Assembly (NCBI GenBank): GCA_022574265.1
Contig: JACZSI010000001.1
Span: forward strand, 1 to 42,489
Length of the DNA stretch: 42,489 bases
Direction of reading: 5' to 3'
Origin: Chloroflexota bacterium
GTDB taxonomy: Bacteria; Chloroflexota; Dehalococcoidia; Lucifugimonadales; Australimonadaceae
The position numbers and the translations under genes were made by a program. How positions within the stretch are numbered: the first letter of the stretch is position 1; each line of letters begins with the position of its first letter. Shown here in pieces: positions 28,501 to 37,160 of this stretch. The notes below the pieces were generated by a model. It searched no databases and was not told the DNA's origin. It was given only the letters and a program-made list of their open reading frames with translations.

Positions 28501-29272
28501 AGAGACGACACACACCAAGCCCGCTGACCGCGTGTACCAGTGGCACGTCATCGACGCCGATGGCGAGCGGCTGGGACGCCTGGCGTCGCGGATCGCCGTG
28601 CTGCTCATGGGCAAGGACAAGCCCGACTACAGCCGCCACCAGCTCTCCGGCGACTTCGTCATCGTGGTCAACGCGGTGAAGGTCGCCTTCTCGGGCAACA
28701 AGCGCGCGCAGAAGATCTACTACCGGCACACGGGCTACATCGGCCACCTTCGGGAGCGGACCCTGGACGAGATGATGGACAAGTTCCCGACGCGGGTCAT
28801 CGAGCAGGCCGTGAAGGGCATGCTGCCGCGCAACCGGCTTGGCCGCCAGATGCTGCGGCGGCTCAAGGTCTACGCCGAGGCGGAGCACCCGCACGAGGCC
28901 CAGGTGCGCGCCGGGCTTGGCAAGGCCAAGGAAGAGCCCGCCGCGCCCACGCGCGCTCGTCGCCGGCCACCCGCCGAGGCGGTGCAGGCCCCCGTGGCTC
29001 CTGCCGCGCCCGAGGCCGAGCCGCAGGTGGCTGAAGCGCCGGCCGAGGCTCCTGCCGCGGAGGCCGCGGCGCCGGCCCGCCGCCGCACGACCAGGCGCGC
29101 CGCCCCGAAGGCGCCGACGGCCGCGAAGGCGACAGCGGCCAAGCCGAAGAAAACCGCAGCGGCGACGCGCCGCAAGGCCCCCGCCGCCAAGGACGCCGTC
29201 GACAGCCCGGCGCCGCGCCGGCGCACCAGGCGGGCGGCCGCGTCCGAGGGACCGAAGCCGGAGGGGGAGTAA
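28487..29272 (+). CDS. rplM: 50S ribosomal protein uL13 with an Ala/Pro/Lys/Arg-rich tail of about 115 aa
   Basis: The ATG at 28487 lies inside ORF 28364-29272 and overlaps truA by 14 nt. WHVIDADGERLGRLASRIAVLLMGK.KP.Y........D.V.VVNA......GNK...K.YYRHTGY.G. The tail starts at about 28925. Confidence 0.92.
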   Translation: MQLYRETTHTKPADRVYQWHVIDADGERLGRLASRIAVLLMGKDKPDYSRHQLSGDFVIVVNAVKVAFSGNKRAQKIYYRHTGYIGHLRERTLDEMMDKFPTRVIEQAVKGMLPRNRLGRQMLRRLKVYAEAEHPHEAQVRAGLGKAKEEPAAPTRARRRPPAEAVQAPVAPAAPEAEPQVAEAPAEAPAAEAAAPARRRTTRRAAPKAPTAAKATAAKPKKTAAATRRKAPAAKDAVDSPAPRRRTRRAAASEGPKPEGE

Positions 29273-29278
29273 GGCGAG

Positions 29279-29683
29279 ATGACGACCAGCGGTCTCTACT
29301 ACTACGGCACCGGGAAGCGGAAGTGCGCCATCGCGCGCGTCCGCCTCTACCCCGGTGGCAGCGGATCGATCGTGATCAATGGCAAGCCGATCGAGGAGGT
29401 CCTCTCGTGGCTCGACTGGCGCAAGCGCGCCGAGCAGCCGTTCGAGGCCATCCCGTCGGTGGCGAACCGCTTCAACGTCGTCGCGAAGATCACGGGCGGC
29501 GGCATCTCGGCGTGGGCCGACGCGCTCCGCCACGGCATCGCGCGCGCCCTCCTGGTCTCCGACCCGGAGCTGCGGCCGGAGCTGCGCAAGCACGGCTTCC
29601 TGACGCGCGACTCACGTATCAAAGAGTCCAAGAAGTACGGCCTCAAGCGGGCCCGCCGCGCGCCGCAGTACACCAAGCGCTAG
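29279..29683 (+). CDS. rpsI: 30S ribosomal protein uS9
   Basis: YYGTGKRKCAIARVRL.PG.G.I.ING.........GGG.S..A.A.RHGIARAL.........LRK.G.LTRD.R.KE.KKYGL.RARRAPQYTKR. Confidence 0.95.
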   Translation: MTTSGLYYYGTGKRKCAIARVRLYPGGSGSIVINGKPIEEVLSWLDWRKRAEQPFEAIPSVANRFNVVAKITGGGISAWADALRHGIARALLVSDPELRPELRKHGFLTRDSRIKESKKYGLKRARRAPQYTKR

Positions 29684-29712
29684 TTCTTCATAGCCGGCTG
29701 AACGAGTCAGAA

Positions 29713-29816
29713 CCGCTCACCCTGAGCTTGTCGAAGGGTGAGGAAAGGCTTGCCCATACAGACGGTGGACGATGGCGGAGCGCCTGCTCGTACTTCGACA
29801 GGCTCAGCACGAGCGG
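29713..29816. repeat. intergenic inverted-repeat element (family A) between the convergent rpsI and phosphohexomutase genes
   Basis: The arms are CCGCTCACCCTGAGCTTGTCGAAG (29713-29736) and CTTCGACAGGCTCAGCACGAGCGG (29793-29816). They share the arm consensus of 6197-6220 and 6277-6300. The GGAAAGGC sub-module is also shared, in rc orientation. Confidence 0.6.
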
Positions 29817-29878
29817 GGCTGTTGCCGGACGGCGTTCCGGTGAGACCGCGCAGGATCGTGCGCACCCGCAGTGGCCCG

Positions 29879-31303
29879 TCAGACCCCCGCGACGCCGCGC
29901 AGGGCCTCAATCATCTCAGCCACGCGCTCCGGGCTGTCGCCCTCCGCGTAGATCCGTAAGAGCGGCTCCGTGCCCGATGGCCGGATGAGCCCCCAGAAGC
30001 CGTCCTCCAGCAGGTAGCGCACGCCGTCCGTCGTGTCGGTGCCCTCCACGCGCAGGCCCGCCAGGCGCTCGGGCGGCGCCGCGCCGAGCGCCGCCACGTC
30101 CGGGGCGTGCGCGCCGGGCTCCAGCGCGACGTCCAGCCGGTCGTAGGCGTGCTCGCCGACCTTCTCGTGGAGCATCTCGATCAGCTCGGAGGGGCGCTTG
30201 CCGGTCTGCACCATCAGGTCGAGGAAGAGCAGCGCGCTCAGGATGCCGTCGCGCTCGGGTATGTTGCCGCGGAAGGCGTAGCCCCCGCTCTCCTCGCCCG
30301 CGGCCACGGCGTCTACCTCCATCATGACCGGCCCCAGGAACTTGAAGCCGACGGCCGTGCGGTGCACCGGCACGTCGAAGAGCGCGCCGAGCTTGTCCAC
30401 CATCGCGCTCTGCGTGATGGACCGCACGAGCGGGCCGCGCACCCCGCGCACCTCCAGCTGGTGCAGGCAGAGCAGCGAGAAGACCTCGAGCGTGGTGATG
30501 AACTCCCCACGCTCGTCCAGCACGCCGAGGCGGTCGGCGTCGCCGTCGTTGGCCACGACCACGTCGAAGCGCCCGCCGCGCGCCTCGGCGATCGACGGCG
30601 CCAGGTTCGGCGCGATGGGCTCGGGCTGCCCCATGCCGGGGAAGGCTGGGTTGTGCTCGCCGCGCATCTCGACGACGCTCGTGGACCCGGCGCCGAGCGC
30701 GGCCTCGAGGTAGCCGGCGCCCGCCCCGTGCATCGCGTCGAAGCCGACCCGCAGGCCGGCGTTGCGGATGGCGTCCAGATCGACGACGCTCGCTAGGTTG
30801 GCCACGTACGGCGGCGCCAGCTCGGCGGTGGTCAGGAGGTCGCGGGCCGCGTGCGGCGTCGCGGCCTCGGCGCCTTCGGCCAGCACGGCGGCGATGTGGC
30901 TTTCGAGCTCGTCGATGATTGCGGGCGCTGCGCTCCCGCCGTAGTCGGGCTTGTACTTGAAGCCGTTCCAGGCGGCCGAATTATGGCTCGCGGTGATGAC
31001 GACGCCGCCCCCGGCCTTGCGGCGGATCACCTCGAAGCTGACGACCGGCGTCGGTACGACGCGGTCCGCTAGCGTCGTTGGGACGCCCAGCGAGGTGGCG
31101 ACGGCCGCGACCTCGGCGGCGAAGTCGGCCGAGCCGAAGCGTGAGTCGTAGCCGACGACGAGGCCGCGGTCGGCGTTGCCGTGGGCCGCGAGCAGACGAC
31201 AGACGCCGTGCGCGCAGGCGCGGACGTTCGCGAACGTGTAGTCGCGGGCGATGAGCGCTCGCCAACCGTCGGTTCCGAACCGGATGGGGCTTTCGGAGGC
31301 CAT
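29879..31303 (-). CDS. alpha-D-phosphohexomutase family protein (phosphoglucomutase/phosphomannomutase)
   Basis: 474 aa. IRFGTDGWRA.I...YTF.NV, the active-site loop VVITASHNSAAWNGFKY, and ANDGDADR (metal loop). The start is 4 nt after the metK stop. Confidence 0.88.
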   Translation of the reverse strand: MASESPIRFGTDGWRALIARDYTFANVRACAHGVCRLLAAHGNADRGLVVGYDSRFGSADFAAEVAAVATSLGVPTTLADRVVPTPVVSFEVIRRKAGGGVVITASHNSAAWNGFKYKPDYGGSAAPAIIDELESHIAAVLAEGAEAATPHAARDLLTTAELAPPYVANLASVVDLDAIRNAGLRVGFDAMHGAGAGYLEAALGAGSTSVVEMRGEHNPAFPGMGQPEPIAPNLAPSIAEARGGRFDVVVANDGDADRLGVLDERGEFITTLEVFSLLCLHQLEVRGVRGPLVRSITQSAMVDKLGALFDVPVHRTAVGFKFLGPVMMEVDAVAAGEESGGYAFRGNIPERDGILSALLFLDLMVQTGKRPSELIEMLHEKVGEHAYDRLDVALEPGAHAPDVAALGAAPPERLAGLRVEGTDTTDGVRYLLEDGFWGLIRPSGTEPLLRIYAEGDSPERVAEMIEALRGVAGV

Positions 31304-31307
31304 AGGC

Positions 31308-32534
31308 TCAGCCGAGCTTCGCGTCTTTGCGGAGCGCCTCTGCCTTGTCGGTGCGCTCCCAGGGCAGGTCGATGTCGGTCCTGCCGAAGTGACCGTAGGA
31401 GGCCGTCTGCGCGTAGATGGGCCGGCGCAGGTCGAGGTCGCGGATGATGGCGCCCGGCCGCAGGTCGAAGTGCTTGTGCACGAGCTCCAGGATCAGCGCG
31501 TCGTCCACGTTGTTCGTGCCGAACGTCTCCACCGAGATGCTGACCGGGGTTGCGGCGCCGATCGCGTACGAGACCTGGAGCTCGCACCGGCTCGCGAGCC
31601 CGGCGGCGACGACGTTCTTCGCCACCCACCGTGCCGCATACGCCGCGGAGCGGTCGACCTTCGTCGGGTCCTTGCCGGAGAAGGCGCCGCCGCCGTGGCG
31701 TGCGACGCCGCCGTAGGTGTCCACGAGTATCTTGCGCCCCGTTAGGCCCGCGTCCCCGTTCGGCCCGCCGACCACGAAGCGGCCCGACGGGTTGATGAGG
31801 ATCCTCGTTTCGGCGTCCATGAGGGCCGCCGGCACGACCTCGTCGATGACGTGCTTGCGGACGTCGGCGGCGATCTGCTCCTGCTCCACGCCCTCGGTGT
31901 GCTGCGTGCTGACGACGATGGTGTGGACGCGCTTCGGCTTCCCGAAGGCGTACTCCACCGTGACCTGCGCCTTGCCGTCCGGCCCGAGGTAGGGGATCAC
32001 GCCCTCTTTGCGCGCGACCGACAGCTTGCGGGTCAGGCGGTGGGACAGCGAGAGGGTGAGCGGCATGAGCTCCGGCGTCTCGTCGCAGGCGAAGCCGACC
32101 ATCATCCCCTGGTCGCCCGCCCCCAGCGCATCGACGTCGCTGACGGCGCCGTCCCCGTCGCGGTGCTCGATGGCGGTCGTCACGCCCTGGCTGATGTCGG
32201 GCGACTGCTGGTGGAGCCGGACGATGACCTCGCACGTCCGGTAGTCGATGCCGACGGCCGCGTCGTCGTAGCCGACGTGCTTGATCGTCTCGCGCACGAC
32301 CGCCTCGTAGTCGACCTTGGCCGTCGTCGTGATCTCGCCGAGCACGACCACGATGTCAGTGGACGTCGCGGTCTCGCAGGCCACGCGGGCGTTGGGGTCC
32401 TGGGCGATGACGGCGTCGAGGATCGCATCGGAGATCTGGTCGCAGAGCTTGTCGGGATGGCCTTCCGTCACCGACTCCGAGGAGAAGAGATAGGAGGGCG
32501 AGTGCGAGAACGTCGTTCCTTTGTTTCCGGTCAT
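31308..32534 (-). CDS. metK: S-adenosylmethionine synthase
   Basis: [25 protein letters not shown]...[16 protein letters not shown]...[21 protein letters not shown]. Confidence 0.95.
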   Translation of the reverse strand: MTGNKGTTFSHSPSYLFSSESVTEGHPDKLCDQISDAILDAVIAQDPNARVACETATSTDIVVVLGEITTTAKVDYEAVVRETIKHVGYDDAAVGIDYRTCEVIVRLHQQSPDISQGVTTAIEHRDGDGAVSDVDALGAGDQGMMVGFACDETPELMPLTLSLSHRLTRKLSVARKEGVIPYLGPDGKAQVTVEYAFGKPKRVHTIVVSTQHTEGVEQEQIAADVRKHVIDEVVPAALMDAETRILINPSGRFVVGGPNGDAGLTGRKILVDTYGGVARHGGGAFSGKDPTKVDRSAAYAARWVAKNVVAAGLASRCELQVSYAIGAATPVSISVETFGTNNVDDALILELVHKHFDLRPGAIIRDLDLRRPIYAQTASYGHFGRTDIDLPWERTDKAEALRKDAKLG

Positions 32535-32586
32535 CGGGCGTTTCCAGCCATCGGTCTGGTCCTCCGGTGCGTGGTTGGGGGGGGGG

Positions 32587-33870
<1,284 letters not shown>

Positions 33871-33879
33871 TCAGTTCGG

Positions 33880-34233
33880 TTAGTCGCCCACGTCAGTGGG
33901 CAGGCCGGCGCTGATCCAGACCGGCGTGCCTTCTTCGACGTTGTAGAGACGCTCCTTGTCGAAGCCGAGCGCGGCCGCCATCTCGGCGGCCAGGCCGCTG
34001 CGGACACCGGCGGCGCAGATGAACAAAAGGTCGATGTCCTTGGGCAGCTCCGCCTCCGCCCGCTCCGCCACGTCGTCCACGGGGATGTGGACGGCGCCGC
34101 TCGCGTGGCCGCCGACCCACTCGTCGGGCCGGCGCACGTCGACGACGAGCGCACCCGCCTGCTGCATCTCGTGCGCTTCCTGCACGGAGATGCGCCGGTA
34201 CGGCTCCCCAGGCTCCTGCCGGCCGTGTGCCAT
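33880..34233 (-). CDS. single-domain rhodanese-like sulfurtransferase
   Basis: The ATG at 34233 is preceded by GGAGGCGGAGGAAAAACC. VVDVRRPDEW.GGH..GA.HIP..........L.KD...LFICAAGVRS. The track ORF 33880-34542 is over-extended across the riboswitch. Confidence 0.85.
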   Translation of the reverse strand: MAHGRQEPGEPYRRISVQEAHEMQQAGALVVDVRRPDEWVGGHASGAVHIPVDDVAERAEAELPKDIDLLFICAAGVRSGLAAEMAAALGFDKERLYNVEEGTPVWISAGLPTDVGD

Positions 34234-34290
34234 GGTTTTTCCTCCGCCTCCGCCGTCGAGCGGGGGCCTGTTTCGGGTCGTGCGGGCGTC

Positions 34291-34322
34291 AAAAAAGCGA
34301 CTTCCCGGTACGAGAAGCCACT
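34291..34322 (-). terminator. intrinsic terminator (expression platform of the SAM-I riboswitch)
   Basis: The minus strand reads AGTGGCTTC-tcgtaccgg-GAAGTCGCT, a 9-bp stem that includes two G-U pairs, followed by TTTTT. A U-tract like this is rare in such GC-rich DNA. Confidence 0.7.
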
Positions 34323-34335
34323 CGCGCTTCCTCTG

Positions 34336-34461
34336 CTCATCTCCCAGACCGACCTGATCGGTCTGCCGGACTTGGCACCGTATCGCATGGGCCGTGAGGC
34401 CGTTGCATGCGACCGGTTGCCGGGCTTCGTAGGGCCGGGTCCCTCCGCCGCTCTCGATGAG
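34336..34461 (-). promoter_or_regulatory. SAM-I (S-box) riboswitch aptamer
   Basis: The minus strand reads CUCAUCGAGAGCGGCGGAGGGACCCGGCCCUACGAAGCCCGGCAACC...GGUGCCAAGUCCGGCAG...GGGAGAUGAG. This matches the S-box core almost position for position (cUUAUCaAGAGaGGuGGAGGGAcuGGCCCgauGAAaCCCGGCAACC ... GGUGCCAAuUCC.GCAG ... AGAUGAG). The P1 pairing is CUCAUC/GAUGAG. Confidence 0.85.
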
Positions 34462-34488
34462 ACGCGCTATTCGGTTGCTGTTGCCCCA

Positions 34489-34517
34489 ATCGTATTGGCG
34501 CCCCAAACGCCTGTCAA
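34489..34517 (-). promoter_or_regulatory. sigma-70-type promoter of the riboswitch operon
   Basis: On the minus strand: TTGACA (34517-34512), a 17-nt spacer, then TACGAT (34494-34489). The P1 stem begins about 28 nt downstream. Confidence 0.6.
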
Positions 34518-34518
34518 C

Positions 34519-34541
34519 ACAAGGGCACGGCCCCTGACCCA
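34519..34541 (-). repeat. family D palindromic unit immediately upstream of the -35 box
   Basis: The minus strand reads TGGGTCAGGGGCCGTGCCCTTGT; compare the units at 6038-6060, 6013-6035 and 41015-41037. Confidence 0.5.
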
Positions 34542-34588
34542 TGCGGCTCGTTCCAGCTCCCCCACCGCCGCCGCCGAAGGCGGGCCAG

Positions 34589-34650
34589 CTCCCTCACCTC
34601 GATCCTCTCCCCCAGCGTGGGGCTAGGGGGAGGAACGGGAGCGCGGCGGG
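34589..34650. repeat. partial copy of the GC-hairpin module related to family C
   Basis: CTCTCCCCCAGCGTGGGGCTAGGGGGAGG parallels CCCCCTTCCGGGCCGGAAGGGGGCTAGGGGGATGG in the full element that follows. Confidence 0.4.
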
Positions 34651-34671
34651 CCACTGCGGATCGGATGGGGT

Positions 34672-34775
34672 GTGCAGAGGGGCAACGCCCCTCTGCCGGG
34701 GGCACGGGGGTGTCCCCCGTGGCGGCTTTCATTCCCCCTTCCGGGCCGGAAGGGGGCTAGGGGGATGGTCGAAAC
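34672..34775 (+). repeat. three-hairpin intergenic element of about 105 bp (family C), copy 1
   Basis: GTGCAGAGGGGCaaCGCCCCTCTGCCGGGGGCACGGGGGtgtCCCCCGTGgcggctttcattCCCCCTTCCGGgCCGGAAGGGGGctagggggatggtcgaaac. The rc of 42337-42442 is nearly identical. Confidence 0.75.
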
Positions 34776-34830
34776 GTCTGGGGGGGCGCCGACACCGCCG
34801 ATAGCGGGCGGAGGTCCTGGGGAGAGCGCC

Positions 34831-35868
34831 CTAGCTGCTTGGCAGCAGGTCCCCGAGGTCGCCCAGCTGGGAGAGATCGAAGTCGCACGTGCCCAGCGCG
34901 CCGAACTCCGCCAGGGTCGGCAGGCGCTGGCCAGTCGCGATCTCGTTGAGCGCCTCCTCGCCGAGTGCCTCGCGCAGGCACTGGACCACTGCGAGCAGCT
35001 CCGGGTCGAGCTCGGACAGGTCGGGCGGCGTCAGTGGCGGAACGGGGCCTTGCGAGTCACCTGCATCGGGCGTGCCGCCCGACCCCGCCCCGTCGCCGTC
35101 GCTCGATCCGCCCCCGCTCAGGTCGATGCCGCACTCGAGTACGACCGGAATCAGGTTGGGGGGAAGGTTCTCGAGGCCACCCTCGGTGATGCCTTGGAGC
35201 ATGCCGATGACCTCCGAGAGGTCGAGCCGCTGCATCACGCAGCGGATGTCCTGGAGCGTCGCCGCGCCGGGCGCGCCGAGGAAGCGGCCCGCGTCGATGC
35301 GAGAGGCCTCGTCGTCGTCCAGGCAGAGCAGCAGACCGAGCGCCGCGCTCATCAGCGGTGCGGCCTGCTCCGTGGTGACGTCGCCCGCCACGACGAGCCC
35401 GCTGACGTCGACGCCTTCGTACGTGGCGCGGATGCAGGCCTCGGTCTCCGCGCTGAGCCCCCCCGCCTCGGCCGCGACAGCCCCGACGGCGAGGCTGACG
35501 ATGGTGTCCCTGGTGAAGCAGGCGGTCGGGAAGTCCGCGCCGAGCTCCTCGGGCAGCTGGACGACCGGCAGATCGAGCAGCGCTTCGTAGCGCTCGGCCG
35601 TGAAGCTTTCGCGCACGCACACAGCCTCGGACTCGAGGAGCGCGCCGATGAGGTCGCGCACGAGCGTGTCGCCGTCGATGCGCAGCAGCGCGACGGCCGA
35701 CGGCACCGGGGTTGGCGTCGGCGTGGGTGTTGGCGTCGGCGTGGGCGTCGGGGTCGCCGTCGGACTGCTGCCGCACGCGCCGACGATGGCCAGCAGCAGC
35801 ACGAGGAGGACCGGCAGCACTGCCGCGCGCAGTGATATCGAGCGTGGGGCTGCGGCCGTGGGTGGCAT
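34831..35868 (-). CDS. lipoprotein of unknown function with a (TP)n linker and four two-Cys modules
   Basis: The ATG at 35868 has GGAG 5 nt upstream; the track start is 35901. The signal peptide plus lipobox read LLLAIVGAC, followed by SSPTATPTPTPTPTPTPTPTPV. The body is acidic with 8 further Cys arranged as 4 x (C-X32-38-C). Confidence 0.75.
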   Translation of the reverse strand: MPPTAAAPRSISLRAAVLPVLLVLLLAIVGACGSSPTATPTPTPTPTPTPTPTPVPSAVALLRIDGDTLVRDLIGALLESEAVCVRESFTAERYEALLDLPVVQLPEELGADFPTACFTRDTIVSLAVGAVAAEAGGLSAETEACIRATYEGVDVSGLVVAGDVTTEQAAPLMSAALGLLLCLDDDEASRIDAGRFLGAPGAATLQDIRCVMQRLDLSEVIGMLQGITEGGLENLPPNLIPVVLECGIDLSGGGSSDGDGAGSGGTPDAGDSQGPVPPLTPPDLSELDPELLAVVQCLREALGEEALNEIATGQRLPTLAEFGALGTCDFDLSQLGDLGDLLPSS

Positions 35869-35999
35869 GTGGACTCCTGCTGAGCGTGTTCGAGACGCCA
35901 CTAAGTATCCAGGCGGCCGCCGGTGCCCGCAACCGGCTTCGGTACAGGGTCGGGGACATCTTGGGCGCAGGCGAGGGGCCGGGATGCCTCAGCGGCGGC

Positions 36000-36005
36000 T
36001 AGAAT
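36000..36005 (+). promoter_or_regulatory. -10 box (TAGAAT) 6 nt upstream of the recF start codon, which points to a leaderless transcript
   Basis: TAGAAT-gcgctt-GTG. There is no Shine-Dalgarno sequence between the box and the start. Confidence 0.45.
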
Positions 36006-36011
36006 GCGCTT

Positions 36012-37160
36012 GTGGAGCTGACGTCGCTCTCCCTGACCAACTTCCGGTCCTTCCGCGCGCTGGAGCTCACGCTGGACCGCGGCCTCACCGTGCTCGCGGG
36101 CGAGAACGCGCAGGGCAAGAGCAACCTGCTCGAGGCCGTCTACCTGCTCGCCATCGGCAAGTCGCAGCGCGCGGCGGTCGAGCGCGAGCTCGTGAGCTGG
36201 GAAACCGCCGAGGCGGGAGGCTATGCGATCGTCGCCGCGACCGTGCGGCGCGCCGTAGACTCCGTGGAGCTACGGCTCGGACTCGACTGCGGTGGCGGGC
36301 GGACGAATACAGTGATCAAGCGCATCCGCGTGAACGGCGTGCCCAAGCGGGCCTCGGACCTGGTCGGCGTGCTCAGCGCCGTGCTGTTCTCGGCGTCCGA
36401 CATCGACTTGGCCTACGGCGCGCCCCAGGGACGCCGCCGCTATCTGGACGTGCTGCTCTCCCAGACCACCCGCCGCTACGTCCACGGTCTCCAGCGCTAC
36501 CTGCGCGTGCTCGGCCAGCGCAACGCCGTCCTTCGCGCCATGCGCGACGGCCGCGCGGGCGAGGACGAGCTCGCCGCGTGGGACCCCGGGCTGTGCGAGG
36601 AGGGCGCGGCGGTGCTCGCGGCGCGTCACGAAGCCATGCAGCGGCTGGCCCCGCTGGCCGTCGAGGCGTTCGAGCGGCTGTCGGGCACCGGCCCCGCTTT
36701 GGCGGTCGACTACGTGGCGACGGTCGGGCCGCACGAGGCGGGCGCCGCGCCGACGCCGGAGGCGTTCGCTGCCGCGCTGGAGCGCTCGCGCCGCCGGGAG
36801 CGCGCCGCCGGCATGACGCTCGTCGGACCGCACCGGGACGACATCCGCCTCGCGCTCGACGGCGTGGAGGCCGCCAAGCATGCCTCGCGCGGCCAGGCGC
36901 GCCTCGTGGCGCTGGCGCTGCGCCTCGCCGAAGCACGGCTCCTCGACGAGCGCCGCGGCGACCCGCCGGTGATCCTGCTCGACGACATCCTCTCCGAGCT
37001 CGACGAGCGGCGCCGGGGCCTCGTGCTGGAGGAGGCGCTGGGCTACCCGCAGGTGCTCCTCACCACCGCCGAGACGGCGCTCGTGCCGCCCTCGGGCCTG
37101 GCTGCGGCGCGTTTGCTGCGCGTGGTGGACGGCCAGGTGTTGGAGGAGGTGACCGCCTGA
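36012..37160 (+). CDS. recF: DNA replication and repair protein RecF
   Basis: L.LTNFRSF..LEL.L..G.TVL.GENAQGKSNLLEA.YLLA.GKS.R...GPHRDD......G......ASRGQ.RL.ALALRLAE.......PVILLDD..SELD..RR. These are the Walker A, signature and Walker B motifs in the RecF arrangement. Confidence 0.9.
   Translation: MELTSLSLTNFRSFRALELTLDRGLTVLAGENAQGKSNLLEAVYLLAIGKSQRAAVERELVSWETAEAGGYAIVAATVRRAVDSVELRLGLDCGGGRTNTVIKRIRVNGVPKRASDLVGVLSAVLFSASDIDLAYGAPQGRRRYLDVLLSQTTRRYVHGLQRYLRVLGQRNAVLRAMRDGRAGEDELAAWDPGLCEEGAAVLAARHEAMQRLAPLAVEAFERLSGTGPALAVDYVATVGPHEAGAAPTPEAFAAALERSRRRERAAGMTLVGPHRDDIRLALDGVEAAKHASRGQARLVALALRLAEARLLDERRGDPPVILLDDILSELDERRRGLVLEEALGYPQVLLTTAETALVPPSGLAAARLLRVVDGQVLEEVTA

Noticed and set aside
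34234-34520. An SAH riboswitch, as expected upstream of ahcY.
   Set aside because: The leader matches the SAM-I/S-box core (GAGGGA...GCCC...CCCGGCAACC...GGUGCCAA), not the SAH element.
33880-34542. A 220-aa version of the rhodanese ORF.
   Set aside because: The upstream 100 codons run through the terminator, the SAM-I aptamer and the promoter. The ATG at 34233 has a strong SD and yields a normal 117-aa rhodanese domain.
35600-37156. The N-terminal ~520 codons of the 822-aa track ORF 35600-38068.
   Set aside because: This part overlaps the lipoprotein gene (antisense) and recF (out of frame) and is Arg/Ala/Gly/Pro junk. Only the C-terminal ~300 aa, from about 37157, form a bona fide ABC ATPase.
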